A stretch of DNA of 64,000 nt from Eledone cirrhosa (Eukaryota): positions 111,476,001 through 111,540,000 of the forward strand of contig OZ024744.1 of assembly GCA_964016885.1 (NCBI GenBank). The letters run 5' to 3'. Position 1 is the stretch's first letter. Each line of letters begins with the position of its first letter. The notes under the pieces are model-generated. The model was not told where the DNA came from and made no database searches. It saw only the letters and a program-made list of their open reading frames with translations. Of this stretch, positions 1-14,150 are shown in pieces. The translations under genes and the position numbers were made by a program.

Positions 1-45
<45 letters not shown>

Positions 46-344
46 TATATATATAGAGAGAGAGAGAGTGGGGGGGGGGGGCGATTAAGTGGTTTAGTAC
101 ATTTGTGGTTTACTGAGGAAGGTACCAAAATCAGAACTGTAGACACTCTATGCAGAGTGTCTATATTAAGAATAAAATGAGGTTTCTCATTGATTATATA
201 CAGTTAAGACTATCTCACAGATAGTTGGCTCAGGATCCATTTCAAGGCACAATCTGACTTGTTAATCAAGCAAAACCAAAATCTGATGGCATCCCGTCTG
301 AAATGATGTACACACACCCACAATCATCAAGAGACATACTCCTA

Positions 345-434
<90 letters not shown>

Positions 435-965
435 AATTAAGGTTGTCATGTCTGAGAGACATGCGCCATATCCACTGTTGAATAAGCTCAAAGATTCCAA
501 TGAATAGATCCGAACATTTCATATCAACTAGAAATAGATTGACATATATATATATCTAAAATAAACATATGAAACATAGGAAATAATTTGTAAAAGTGTG
601 TAAGCACACATAGCTAGGTAGGTAACTAATTAAAGTTTAACTAGAACTTTAAAAATATATACCTTATAAATCTTCCTTGTATATATTTCATTAAAGAAAT
701 ATATTTCACCATCAATCGATCGGTAAACCACAGTAGCCAAATTCCGGATTTTCAACAAGGGAGAAGATCTAACTAACTAATTCAAATCTGCGAATGACTA
801 GCAGCACGTGTTGCATTTTTTAAAAATACACACATCATACCAGTTTCATCCCAGTGGCGTGAATAGGGTTATTGACAACTAGAAATAGCAGCCGAGTTAG
901 CTCTACAATTAAGGGGGCCATATATATATATATATAGCCATACACACACACACGCACGCACACGC

Positions 966-1067
<102 letters not shown>

Positions 1068-1103
1068 TACACAAAAATCAAAGCTATGTTCAAATCATTT
1101 TAT

Positions 1104-1150
1104 TGCTGACAATCGTTTCTTCCAAACTATCGTTTGGAATCATCGGAGCA
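1104..1150 (-). ncRNA. Minimal type I hammerhead ribozyme (family D-like)
   Basis: Minus strand: TGCT-CCGATGA-TTCCAAAC(GATA)GTTTGGAA-GAAAC-GATT-GTC-AGCA. Stems I, II and III all pair; GUC cleavage triplet. Confidence 0.85.
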
Positions 1151-1599
1151 GTAGCAACGTTTGTACATATAATTAATCTCCTATTCAACTGAACAATCAT
1201 ATAGATACATGATATTAATGTTGTCAACAGTTTCGTATTTACAAGGTGAAATGGATGCGACATAGATTACAAGTGATTTGTACAATAATTAAAATTACAT
1301 ATTAAAAATTAAAAATTATAAAGTATTATTATATACAGAGTGGAATGCAAGTTTATTTGTCAACATAGTCCCTGGAAAGAAACAATGCAGTTATTAATAA
1401 GAGGAGTTGAAATTAATGCATGCAAGATTTCACAGCTCTAGCATCACTATATATATATATAAATTAAAGGTTAATTAGTCCCTAATACTTAAAAATGACA
1501 ATGAGTGGAATCACTCAGGGAAGCAATATTAAATTTAAGTAAGAAAAAAACTATATTTATTGGAGTATAAGCCACATAGATAAAATAAAATAAAAATTC

Positions 1600-1975
1600 T
1601 ATCTCTATTCTCGCTTGTATAAAGATCTCCCTATCATGGTTTCTTTTGCGGAAGAACCTATTTTTGGAAGAACCAATAATTGAAGAATCCGCAATACTGT
1701 ATGTATATTTTCTTTAGACAATTCCGGAGATCACCAAAACTTGTTCTAACAGGGAACTGAAGTAAGTCTTGAGAATTTGAATGACAGCTCGATAGAGGAA
1801 GGGATAAGAGGAATCTTGGGAATAAATGTATTTTCTCGTTGCTGATTGCCTTCAAGAATAGTGACCTCTAGGAGATGGTTCATTATCTGCCTCGCTGCTG
1901 TAAAGTGTGTGTTATTATATAGACGTGGTTTCATCACGTTTCTCAACAGGATGATGGGAGTTCCAATCTTTTATA
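1600..1975 (-). mobile_element. Degenerate Helitron PIF1-like helicase fragment
   Basis: Frameshifted translation KIGTPIILLRNVMKPRLYN...LLEVTILEG...TFIPKIPLIPS...FSRL/QFPVRTSF aligns with the helicase at 32306-34138 (KIGVPIILLRNINPPQLCN...LLPRIPIIP...FKRLQFPVRLAF). Confidence 0.7.
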
Positions 1976-2111
1976 TTATATGTAGACATAGATATATAGA
2001 TAATTGTATATAAATGTGTGTATGCATGTGAATGTGCATGTGTGTGTGTATGTGTGTGTGTATGCGTGTGAATGTGTGTGTGTATGTATGTGTGTGCGTG
2101 TGAATGTGTGC

Positions 2112-2160
<49 letters not shown>

Positions 2161-2239
2161 CCGGCTGCGAACACGATCATCACTGATAACGAACGCGCAG
2201 AGAGAATCCCTTATAGTTGTCTCCCAGCCTGCTAGAAAT

Positions 2240-3075
2240 AGCATCACCACCATCACCACCACCACCACCATCACCACCACCACCACCACCTCCACTGTCA
2301 CTACCACCACCACATTCACCACCACCACCATCACTACCACCACAATCACCACCACCACCACCAGCAGCACCATCACCACCACAATCACCACCAATACCAT
2401 CACCACCGCCACCGCCGCCACCACCACCACCACCATCACCACCATCACCAGCACCATCACCAGCACCATCATTACCACCACCACAACTACCCCCCCCCCA
2501 CACACACACACACCTCCAACACCACCACCACCACCACCATCACCACAACCCCCCCCCCACACACACACACACACCAGCATCACCACAACCACCACCCCAC
2601 CCAGCGCACCACCACCACAAACACCATCACCACCACCTTCATCGCCCCCCCCTACCCCCCACCACCAACACCATCACCACCACCTCCACCACCATCACCA
2701 CCACCACCACCACCACCACCAGCATCATCACCACCACCACCTCCACCACCACCATCACCACCACCACCACCACCACCACCACCACCACCACCAGCATCAT
2801 CACCACCACCACCACCACCAGCATCATCATCACCACCACCTCCACCACCACCATCACCACCACCTCCACCACCACCATCACCACCATCACCACCACCACC
2901 ACCACCTCCAGCACCACCATCACCACCACCTCCACCACCACCATCATCACCATCACCACCACCACCACCACCACCACCACCGTTACCACCACCGTTACCA
3001 CCACCACCACCACCATCACCAACATCACCACCACCACCACCACCACCAACACCTCCAGCATCATCATCATCATCC
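2240..3075. repeat. (CAC)n/(CAT)n trinucleotide microsatellite
   Basis: Direct inspection; explains the poly-His/Thr/Pro/Val ORFs. Confidence 0.95.
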
Positions 3076-5002
3076 CATTATAAACATCACTAAATACCAT
3101 TTTATACTAAGTTGGAACAAACCGGAAATGTAAGAACCTGACATTTTATAAACAATCTCTAAAGAGAATCATTGCATCACTTGCTCTTTAATTCTTTCTT
3201 CCATTTGTTCTTTCTTTCTATCTTTCTTTCATTTGTTCTCAATTTGTTATTTATTTATTTATTCTGAATAATTTTAAACTCTCTCTCTCTCTCTCTCTCT
3301 CTCTCCCCTCCTCCTCTCCCCCTACCAATCCCCCAATCTCCCCCTCCCCCGACCCACACTATCCCCTACCCCCATGTCTCTCCTCCTCCACCTCTCTCCC
3401 CTCCTCCCTCTCTCTGCATGTCCGTCTCTCTGTCTAATCTCAACAGTTGTTTCCATACAGATAAGAGCCGTGCTCAATACGTATGAACATATAAACAATG
3501 TATCATACTGTTACAATTAATAATTTACATGCTGTTTAGACTCTAAATGCATGTCATCAGGAGTGGTAGAAGAAGAGGTTAATTTATCACATCAACGAGA
3601 ATATAAGGAAATCAATTATGGCAGAAAGCGCTAGCAACTTAACCAGGGCTGATATTATACTGGCCGCGAGAAAGACCATAATTGAGTTCGATGAGAGTCT
3701 CTGCACCGTAAAAATCGCCCTTATAATTTCTATATTACTCTAAGTTCGAGTCACTCTTCTCAATTAAAGGCAACTTCCCATCTTTTGAAGGCAGGCTATA
3801 CCGTGATGTTGCTCTCTTCACTGTTGATTGGAATAGTAGAAACCTAGAAACTAATAAACGCTTACACTATAAGGTAGTGAACTTTTTAGGTGTAACTTTC
3901 GATCTAGAGTCAGAACTGTACAAAGCCATTCGTAAGCCACATGAACAACTCTTCCACGTTAATACTCTGTCTATTCACCCTAAGATCTATACTAAAATCC
4001 AATGTTAGCAACGTATCCAACCGAATTCCTAGAATCTATTCTAACAGCATCAGCTTCAACCAGTGTACGCAATACTATAATGTGGCATTGTAAAGATCTG
4101 GCTACAAGGGAAAAAAACAATATAATGTTAATCTTATAAAGAGAAAGAGAAACTCAAATGTCATCTCTAACTCAGGCAGAAATTGAACACCTAAGCTAGA
4201 CAATCGTACATAATACAACAGGACATCGAGGAACACACGTACATATACAGATAATCACGAACCTGGTGATTGTATGTGGAGCATAAAAACTGTAGAACGC
4301 ACATATTATGGGATCAACTGCAGTATCAGTAATAATACCCTTAACAAGAGAGACACTAACCACAATAACTATAAGAATAGATTCATTAGGATTAGGCATA
4401 ACAAATACCCCAAATCAGATTTTCCACTTAGTGACCCAAACATTAACAATGGTAGATCCTTTTAGCCCCTCTAAGCATAAAACTAACAAATCTTATAAGG
4501 ATATTAATGGACGGAACCGCGATACCCAAACTGATAACATCTCAACCAGTGCCGGATAACCTTCGGCCTGGTTGTAAAAAAAAAATCTAATCGTAGATCC
4601 ACTACAGGGTTTAATCCATAATTTAGCAAACACGTGGCCTCCAATAGACTAAAATCATTTTCAGTATCCTCTAGAAGAATTTCCCCCGTCCCATCGTTAC
4701 CGCAGGCTACTTATTAAAAATACGATAAAGATATCATTCTCCACCACCCCTAATCCAGCTAATTATTTAACATCTAGCAATGATAAAAAACTGAAAAATA
4801 TAAGAAATCCGTAAACAATAATAATCCAACCAATATAAATACATTGAGGCGTTCTAATTGCGATAACGTAGATCCGGGTGAGTCTCCTACAACAGTCTAT
4901 CGCCCGCACTCTAACTCTGTTAGAAACCAAGTAAGAATCAGAAACTGTAACTGTAGAAACCCTATGCCCTGGCCCCTTAACTGCAATCGTCTAACAGAAC
5001 AA

Positions 5003-5433
5003 CATCTATCTATCTAAGGCGGGTAAAATTCCCGAGATCCATGGACGAGTTCTCTCCAGCGGTCTCTGTCCCTCATTATCGCTGCCATGTCCTGCGTCTC
5101 CAACAGACCAGTGTCTGTCCTTAGGGCATCAACATACGTTAACCTTGGTCTTCCTCTTCTAGTGTGTCCATGAAAATCCGCCTCTTCATTGGAGTCTGTG
5201 CTGCTGTATGGGTCTAAGACTTGGACACTGACCAAGAAACTCACTCAGATGGTGGATGGGTGCTACACGAGAATGCTGAGGATGGCTCCGAACATTAATC
5301 AGTATACACTGAGGATGAAAAACTCAGAGCTGTATGGGAGCATCCCAAAAGTCAGCTCAAAAGTGACACGTGGGAAACTGAGGTTAGCTGGACATGCTCA
5401 CCGACATCCAGAGTTGACATTGCACAGAAAACA
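5003..5433. mobile_element. RTE-clade LINE 3' fragment with internal inversion
   Basis: The minus part encodes RRGRPRLTYVDAL...DRDRWR and ends in an (ATAG)n tail. The plus part encodes SVLLYGSKTW...YTRMLR...LRLAGH. Flanked by an imperfect ACAGAA(C)AACAT duplication. Confidence 0.8.
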
Positions 5434-5729
5434 TAGTTTATAAATATACTATCTCGACACCAACCTGCACCGAAGTATTTATCGAGGCTACCTAAAACAG
5501 CTTCGTCCCGATACTATATGCATTTTCACTTCTTTAGGTAGAAAAAAAAACCTAAGTAGTTCCACCTAATTAGCCTGTTACATATGGGAATTGAAAGACG
5601 CTAATGTTGAATACTCCATTAAATGGAACTAGCAGAAAAAACCACACCACGGGCGGTTTTCTGCCAGCATGTGTGGTGTGCATATTGATATTATACGCAA
5701 ATATTATACACTTGTAGATATGACACGTC

Positions 5730-6390
5730 AATTTGAAAATGATGACAATATGCATAGAAATTGAAAAGAGACTGTGTTACATTCTCTCCTGTAATCAGTA
5801 AAGTAATCCATGATACATTAAAGAGAGGCGATATTATATATAAACTGCATTACGGCGAAATGAAAGCAGAACAATAGAAAATGAAATTAACAACGGAAAT
5901 ATAAACGTTATGATAGAACGATGTAAATATAGCGTACGACGAAGTGTTATATAACAGAGGCTCCTCGTGATATTGTTATCTTTTGTTCTGGCAGCGGTTC
6001 GGTTGTCCACCCCTTTCGCTTGCCTTTTGGTGTATATGGTCCTAAATGTGTGTATTACATGCTTTTGTGTTTTATTATGTTTTCCTTTCTCTTTTCTTTT
6101 TTTCTTATGTTGACAAAACAATAAAATATAACTACATTTGTAACGGTATTTACAAAACTGTGAATAAAAACGTAATTGACAATATGCACAGAAATTGAAA
6201 GAAGACTGTGTTACACTGTCTTCTGTAATCAGTAAAGTAATCTATGATACATTAAAAAAACGGTATTACGTTTAAACGGCATTGCGGTGAAATGTTATGT
6301 TATTTAAGCGGCATTACGGCGAAATGTTATGAAAACGGAAAAGGAGAAAATGAGATTAGCGACGGAAATATAAGCGTTATGATAGAACAA
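5730..6390 (+). repeat. Diverged ~200-bp direct repeat pair (~5730-5925 and ~6170-6390) in an unclassified insertion
   Basis: Shared GACAATATGCA..GAAATTGAAA..GACTGTGTTACA...TGTAATCAGTAAAGTAATC...GATACATTAAA. Confidence 0.7.
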
Positions 6391-7331
6391 ATGCTAACGG
6401 AAGTGTTGTCATTTGAAAAATTTTAAAGAAGTAAATCTTGAAATAAGCAATACATTTTATATATAAGAATATTTATGTTTAATCAAGAGCTACGAAATTT
6501 AGTACATAAATTATATAATATTCATTCATGATTTATTTAAAGCAATCCAACTTATTTTAATGACGTGTTCAGAAAAAAAAAGGACACAGTTTCGCAGTTC
6601 CCCATTTATTATATTATAGATATAGTGAAAGCCGCTAAGGCATACGACCCTGGAAACCATAGATGTAATTTGTGCCTCGTCGAATGCCTTTTAATAATTA
6701 GAGCTTGCTCACCAATCTTAAACAGAAACTCTGAAATTCTTTCCACTTGCCTACATCAAAATTCTCACTCCCTCTATTATAGCAAATACAAGGTTACATG
6801 AAAACTTATAAAGCCCTCCCCTTCATAAGGTCTGTACCACATAAACCTACACATTTTATAGTTCTACTATATCACTAAAATTTCACAATATGCGACAGTT
6901 GTAATAATGATTGATTTATTAGTTGGTCTACATTTTATCCTACTTCTTAACGCAGAGTTTATCCTTTATTCTGTCATTAATCTAATGTTACACATAACAT
7001 CCCACTGCACACTATAGTAGAACTACACACACATTCGATCGAATAAAAAGCTAAACATATTCAAGTAAGAAACGTGGTATGAGATTGAAGAGTAGTAAAC
7101 CACCTATTGACACTACATCCATAATTAGCCATACATTATCAATCCTACCCACCTATAATTATGGTCATTTCATAGTATTTAGCTAAGTTTATCTGACATC
7201 TTCATGTTGAAATACATAAATATAATTTGTGTATATGCGTATACTTACTTACAGCCACGTGCGTAGGTGTGTGTAAGTGTATATATACGTATACATACAT
7301 ACATACATACATACATACATACATACATACA

Positions 7332-7435
<104 letters not shown>

Positions 7436-7734
7436 TTAAAACAATGAAATAAAAAATCAAGTCATTAGAGATATACTTCACTGCTTTACAATCGTTTCTA
7501 GGTGATGATAATACATCGTAACTATACTTCGTTATCGATCTATGTAAGGTTAGTTACAAACTATCAGATAAGGAGAATATTTACTTACATGCATATCACC
7601 AGCTGTTGTCAAAAGCAATAATAATTTTATTCAAATTAGTAGTTAATTAGTATTATGTTTAGTTCTATGACTTTATTTGGAGGTAGCTGAAGAACTAACC
7701 AATCAGATTGTTTTTTTCATATGATGTTAAGATG

Positions 7735-7797
7735 AAAAATAATTCACTTTACTTGAGGTCATGACCCTCATGACCTCAACTAAAGTGAATTATTTTT
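7735..7797. repeat. Near-perfect ~30-bp-arm hairpin
   Basis: AAAAATAATTCACTTTACTTGAGGTCATGA-CCC-TCATGACCTCAACTAAAGTGAATTATTTTT. Confidence 0.85.
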
Positions 7798-8881
7798 ATA
7801 TATATATACACGTACATGTATATATATATATATATATGCATCGGTGTGTATGCGTGTATTTAGGGCGTGTGTTGTGTATGGTTTGTGTATATGAACGTAT
7901 GTATTTATGACAGCCTATTAATATTTTGAACCTATACTTGGAACCGTACATAGAACGGTATTGCATCTGGGTGGTCCTTGCTATATACGTGTATTTATAT
8001 GAGTATACGTAAATATGTGTATACCAATTTAATATAATCTTGAATGTTCACTGTTTCTTAAAACAGCTCTCATTCGCCCTCCTAATACATGTTATTTCTA
8101 TATCAATAAGGAATTGCTTTACCAAGCCGACATCGAAATACTGGATAATATTTTACAGGCCACTTCAGGGAGCTTACACCGCCTCTAGATTGTCACGTCA
8201 TTGACCCGGTGTATTTTGAATTTTCTTTCTCCTACATTACCCTAATACGTGTAGGCAGAAACACGTTGAAAACGAATTTGTGGTCCCATCTTTCTATAAT
8301 TCGGCATGAGTAGTATAATTTAACAACTTTAAGCTGGGCATACGTCAAGACGGGCGGTCTCAAAAGTCAAACTAATTTTTGACAGTTACGTAAGTGATTA
8401 CTTTCAATTTGGATTGTGAATTTGTTTGTTTTTTTTACAACAGACACATATATATACACACAAACACACATATATATACACACAAACACATATATACACA
8501 CAAACATATATATACGTCTAAACCCATGCTTGCGTGGAAGATAGACGTTAAACGATGATGATGACACAAACACATATATATATATACAAACACACACATA
8601 TATATATATATATATATACATACACACACACATATTTATACACACCCACACATATATATATATTAAGAAATCCATACAATTGCGTGTGTCTGCATTATAC
8701 TTTCACTATTGAGACCTGTTGTAAAAAAACAAATTCACAATCGTAACTATCAAAAATTAGTTTCACGTTTGACGTATGCCTTTAAGCTGTATCTTTCACA
8801 CACATATTCCTGCAGAATTTAAGATTTTACTACTGATTTTTTATAATTCCCCCCCCCCCCCCCACACACACACACTCTCTC

Positions 8882-10430
8882 TCGTTGTAGTAGGGTGCCG
8901 CTCTATCAAAGATTGCTTTATTAGAGGAGAGGTTAGAGATTCTTATGCCGATATTTTTCAATAAATTTCTAAAATCTGTAGGAAGGTGGCATGAGTCCTT
9001 GTGTATATAATTTAGTTTTTCATTAAGTTTATGGAAGGGTCTAAAGGTGTGAGTGTGAAGATCTAAATTTATGTCTAAGTAATCTACGCTAGTAACGTTG
9101 GTAGCTACCGTTATCCTAATTAAATCTTTTTTAAACCGGTCCAGGTCGTGACCACTTTTATGGCTCGTCGTGGTATAAGCCCGTGTGGAAGTCCGGCAAT
9201 CTACTACGTAACATATTCTAAAATAAATAAGCCAACCAAGTCGCATATCGAATGATCCCATTGATATGTTGAATAGTTCTGTAGTAGTTGAATTCTTTGT
9301 CCAGGCTACGCTATTGTTTAAGAGGAGGCTTTTCCGGCAATCTGCAATGATCTCCCTGGACGGTAGTGTACGTGGTAGCAAAGTCCAACGCTTTGTTTAA
9401 AAGGGTCACTGAGCTCGACGGGTCAAAATCGACAATGTCGAATTGAGTGAACTTCGCTTTTTTGGAGCTGAAAGAGTTAAACCACTTAATGATGGAGTCA
9501 CTGTTCTCCCACTGGGACAGGTTGGACTTAGTCGTAATGGTCTTAACTATGTTCCTAAGTATAGCCTTATTGACCAGCTCCAGCTCCGTACGTGCTGGTA
9601 CACGTGGGATTAGAAGCAAAGTCTACCTTGTGATCCTTCAGGGTGGGAAAGGACTCACGCTTACCTAAGCATTGTAGTTTCTTATCTACTTTAAGGGTGG
9701 AGGCTAGGTGTTTGGCTTCTGTCTCGATGTAGTGGTAACCTGTGGGGTCTGCCTTCTTATATTTAGAAGTTCTAGCGTTACGTGCCAAGTGGTTGTATGT
9801 AGTATTATCGACTTCGTAAATGTTATTAGTTTTGTCAGAAAGGACGAAATTATTAGTGGAAGACCTAAATTTCTTACTATCATTTCTAAGTTTGTTTTGG
9901 AAGGTGCTAGAATGTTTGCGAAAGGAAATGTTAGCGACTAAGTCAAGAAGGTCCGCTTCGAAAGGAGCGAGTTCAATTACCTTAGGAGGATAGGCTCTCG
10001 ATTTCAGGTTGTAGGTGTTAGTGGTGCCAGTAATTTCACCATCGAAAGCTAGGGATCGCCATCTTAAACGTTTGACATCTTCCGCTTTTTGTAGAAGAAG
10101 CTTTGAATAAACATGGTTGGAGGGAGTGGGAATATTCTTCAGGGAGCAATCCAGTTCATACAAATCCATTCTGACGATGATGAGACACAAAGTTGTGTAA
10201 GACACGAGCATATAGAGAGCGCTCACAGGGTAGAAAGCCAAAATTCCGCGTGGTGAAAAGAATCTGCTGACCGGTGCTGGAGACGTGTACAAAAGTAGAA
10301 CACTGGAGGGTTATATCCGTAGTAGTAGAGCACTCAGTCCAGGGGACGAGTTTAGTAGTAGTTCCACAACAGTTAGTTCACCATACCGAGAACAAATGTT
10401 TCACCTTATTCGGATCATCAGCTCGGTCTA
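8882..10430 (-). mobile_element. Penelope-like element, 5' part (frameshifted RT, 3'-truncated) with upstream hammerhead
   Basis: MDLYELDCSLKNIP...RLRWR...SDKTNNIY...TLKDHK...QFDIVDF...MGSFD...YLDINLDL...FRPFHK across ORFs 9567-10292, 9311-9619 and 8830-9381; likely ATG at 10169. Confidence 0.9.
10385..10427 (-). ncRNA. Minimal hammerhead ribozyme in PLE 5' region (family H)
   Basis: ACCGAG-CTGATGA-TCC(GAATAA)GGT-GAAAC-ATTT-GTT-CTCGGT; perfect 6-bp stem I; in sense with, and ~215 nt upstream of, the PLE ORF. Confidence 0.85.
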
Positions 10431-10479
10431 AATGATGTTGTACGGAAAAGGAAAAACAACTGTACGAATATTCTTTGAA

Positions 10480-10665
10480 CAGAACTTTGATTCATGTAAT
10501 TTCTATATAACTGTCCTGTAGAACAACTGATGTTATTACATTGAGCTATTTATCTTACTGGTAATAAGGTAGTAATATATTACTGTCTTTCACTGTTTAG
10601 GGTTTAAAATATACATAACTATAAAAGTTTTAGTATATACATAACCATAAATAGTATCCTTAATA
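10480..10665 (+). mobile_element. Diverged copy of the family D PLE terminal repeat (pLTR) 3' part
   Basis: Reverse complement of 18605-18760 and 23004-23160 (GAACAACTGATGTTATTACATTGAGCTATTTATCTTACTGGTAATAAGGTAGTAAT). Confidence 0.75.
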
Positions 10666-10790
10666 CTATATATATATATATATTTTGTCCATGTCTGTAG
10701 ATACATATACGCTTATGTGATAAAGTATATGCCTACGTACTTTTTAAGTATATGCGCGTGGTTGAGTTTGTGTATGTTTATATATTTATT

Positions 10791-10868
<78 letters not shown>

Positions 10869-10971
10869 TCTTTTTCTCTTCTTCTTCTTCGCCCGTTGTT
10901 TCCTCAGCCTCACTATCATATTTCTTATATTTTGTTTTCAAATCCATATTTAATAAAAACAGTATGTTTTA

Positions 10972-11029
10972 TTCATTCTGACGACTGAAAACAGAGATAT
11001 CTGCTTTCAAGAAACCACTGGTAAATGAA
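10972..11029 (+). ncRNA. Hammerhead ribozyme (family A)
   Basis: TTCATT-CTGACGA-stem II-GAAAC-CACTG-GTA-AATGAA. Confidence 0.85.
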
Positions 11030-11055
11030 ATAATTATCTTATGTTGTTTATTACA

Positions 11056-11158
<103 letters not shown>

Positions 11159-11193
11159 ATTATTATTATGTAATAAACAACATAAGGCAATTA

Positions 11194-11252
11194 TTCCATT
11201 TACCAGTGGTTTCTTAAAAGCAAAAGGTTTTGCTTTCAATCCTCAGAATGAA
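11194..11252 (-). ncRNA. Hammerhead ribozyme (family A)
   Basis: TTCATT-CTGAGGA-TTGAAAGCAAAA/TTTTGCTTTTAA-GAAAC-CACTG-GTA-AATGGAA. Confidence 0.85.
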
Positions 11253-11704
11253 AAATCCTGGTTTGTTTATTGAATATGGATTCTAAAAACAAAAATGCAA
11301 TCTATATGAAAGTGAGGCTGGAAAAGGGAGAAGGAAAGGAAAAATAAAATAAAAATACACATGCAAACACACACACAAAAAAACACAAAAGCATACTTAC
11401 ACACACATACATATATACATATATATAAATGTACGCATACATATATACATATACACATATATATATATATAAAATGTACACCTACACACACATACACATA
11501 TATACACACATATACACATACATACATTCATACATACACACATACATATACACACACACACATACACACACACATATATATATAAAATGTACACCTACAC
11601 ACACATACACATATATACACACATATACACATACATACATTCATACATACACACATACATATACACACACATACATACACACACACATATATATATACAT
11701 GTAC

Positions 11705-11749
<45 letters not shown>

Positions 11750-12043
11750 CACATGTGTGTGTACAAGCATACACATACACACACACATATATATACACAT
11801 ACATACATTCACACAAACATACAACGTACATACATACACATACATGAATGCACTCCACTACATATTCACACACGCAAATAAATATAAGAAAAAAATATAT
11901 AAATATATATTAATGCAAAGTTTTATTTAAATTGTTGGGTTACAACGAGTAAATATTTATAACTGATATAAAAGCACTCAACAAGTATTTGGAGTATATT
12001 TACGATATTAAATAAATGGAAACTATATTTATAAAACCATATT

Positions 12044-12109
12044 TATTTCATTATATATATTTCAGGGATATCATATTAAAAATATGGTATGCCTTCTTCA
12101 GACAAAATA
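12044..12109 (-). ncRNA. Hammerhead ribozyme (family B)
   Basis: TATTTTGT-CTGAAGA-AGG...CCT-GAAAT-ATAT-ATA-ATGAAATA. Confidence 0.8.
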
Positions 12110-12765
12110 CAATATAAACAGTCTTATAAATAGATAGATTTGACATACCTTACAACTTCAACTTCCATTTAAAAAGTTGATTTGGTAGTGAAAAATGTTA
12201 GGGACAGTTATAAAAAGAAAGAAAGAAAAAAAGCGAAGAAAAAGAAGAAATGCATGCAACTAAATAGAGAGAGATAGATATAGAGAGATAGATAGAGAGA
12301 AGAAATTCATGTAAAGAAACAGAGAGAGATATATAGAGAGAGAAAAAACACAGAGGGAGATAGATAGAGAGAGAGAGAGAAAAAAATAGAGAGAGATAGA
12401 TATTGATAGAGATAGAGAGAAAAAAGATAGAGAGAAAGAAAATAGGTAGTTGGGCACCAGTTGAATGACGTATCAATGATATATTTATTTATTTATTTAT
12501 TTAGTTCTAGTATTAAGGTAGAGAGAGATATATGTGGTTAGGAGAGAAAACAGCCGTTACATAGAGAGAAAAGAAAAATATCCAGACATAAACGAGGCAG
12601 ATTTAAAACATTATGTTTCATCAATGTAAAAATATCAATTCGTATGAATTAGGTATTATAATGTAAATATCAGTATTCATGAATGAGACACGTATCAATA
12701 ATGTGTGAAAAATAATGATCATATGTCTAGTTTAAAATTCCTAGGTTTATATCAGAGTTGAGGTA

Positions 12766-12882
12766 AAAACTGAAATAAAAAAACTGAGATAAAAAACTGA
12801 GATAAAAAAACTGAGATAAAAAACTGAGATAAAAAAAAACTGAGATAAAAAACTGAGATGAAAAAACTGAGATAAAAAACTT
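12766..12882 (+). repeat. ~13-bp tandem repeat (AAAAAACTGAGAT) x ~8
   Basis: Direct inspection. Confidence 0.9.
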
Positions 12883-14083
12883 CAAAAAAAATTGAAATAT
12901 ATAAGTATATATGCACTTTCATGAAAAAAGAAAAAGAAAAAGAAAATAGAAGGTTATCCCAGATTCGATACTATAGACTTCCATGTGAATTTACGTGATC
13001 AACTCTGCAAATTCCTATTTCACATGAAAACATTCTCATTGTGCTATAAAAATTCTAGTATACATATATGTGTACATACACACAAATATATATAGAATCT
13101 ACATTAATTTTAACAATACTATTCTTGTCTTTACTCTACATGATTATCGTTCAAGCATAAATAGACAACAGATATCAATATATCAATAAAAATATCAAAA
13201 AATTAAAAAATATTTAAAATAAAACACAGTATGCCCCGCAAATCAACCACAGAGATCAACCCTTCAAAGTTAATTGACAATATATTGCCAAGTTCATTAT
13301 AAGCATCAGAATCAAAAGCAAACAAAACCAAAATTATTTACCAAATCCTGTCTAGCAGAAATCATTCCAAAAGTTTAGGATACCCATTTGATCTACAGAT
13401 GGTCTTATATTTAATATAGAAGTTTATCTAGTGTAAAATTTATTCGATATATTTGGAGCATCAGCTTTTAGGGTAGTTTAATCATTCATGAAGAATGTTT
13501 AAAATAAAAAGAAATCGAAAGATTTATCGGCGAGTTTCATAAATAATTATAAATCAAAGTAAATATACTACATTTTAAATTTATATTTATATTTAAAAGT
13601 TGAGTTCAAACTATGTCTGCAGCAACTGAATAAATTTGTCCGTAAATTAAGGGAATTTTTAGATTTTAGTATAAAGAATATCTCCTCCGCGCAGAGGTCA
13701 CATGTCTCAGAGGATGAATTAAAAGGAATCCCTCTTGAGACTATATTCCAAGCCGTCGAATATCCAACGTTAAATATATATTAACAAATTTTTGACAGCG
13801 ATACATGCCCCAGCTAACAGGACAGACACGCGTGGTAAGTAATACACACAAAAGCACATATACATACGTACGAAATAGTAAACACATACACACACTCTCA
13901 CACATAAATATACATATACAAATACATAAACACGTACATACACATACATACACAAACACGTACACGTATATAATATAAACACACACATGTATATGTAATT
14001 ATATACACACACACACACACACATATATATATAATATATATATATAATATAAGATCAAAAGATAGTTAAAGGAGTTCCATATA

Positions 14084-14150
14084 TTTTATTATGCGCATTT
14101 CAAAAACAAACATCATCAAGCAATAATATTTGTGTTTTCATCAAATAAAA
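14084..14150 (-). ncRNA. Hammerhead ribozyme (family C), core C3->U
   Basis: Inverted twin of 14285-14351 with TTGATGA core. Confidence 0.65.

Larger units (their letters stand above)
3585..6801 (+). mobile_element. Old, decayed Penelope-like element (RT + GIY-YIG), interrupted at ~5003-5433 and ~5640-6600
   Basis: Broken translation LTRADIILAARKTIIEFDE...LYRDV.L matches the PLE at 20738-22126. A CNCRNP.PWPL linker lies near 4945, and the C-terminus AYDPGNHRCNLCLVE...LNRNSEILSTCLH is at 6565-6801. Confidence 0.75.

Noticed and set aside
1915-3133. Poly-His/Thr/Pro/Val ORFs (also 48961-50035)
   Set aside because: (CAC)n microsatellite open in several frames on both strands.
3505-3566. CTGATGA + CATGC/GCATG hairpin on minus
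   Set aside because: GAAA replaced by TAAA and no convincing stem I.
8218-8275. CCTACA/TGTAGG hairpin followed by GAAAC-AC-GTT
   Set aside because: No CUGANGA core; at best a decayed ribozyme.
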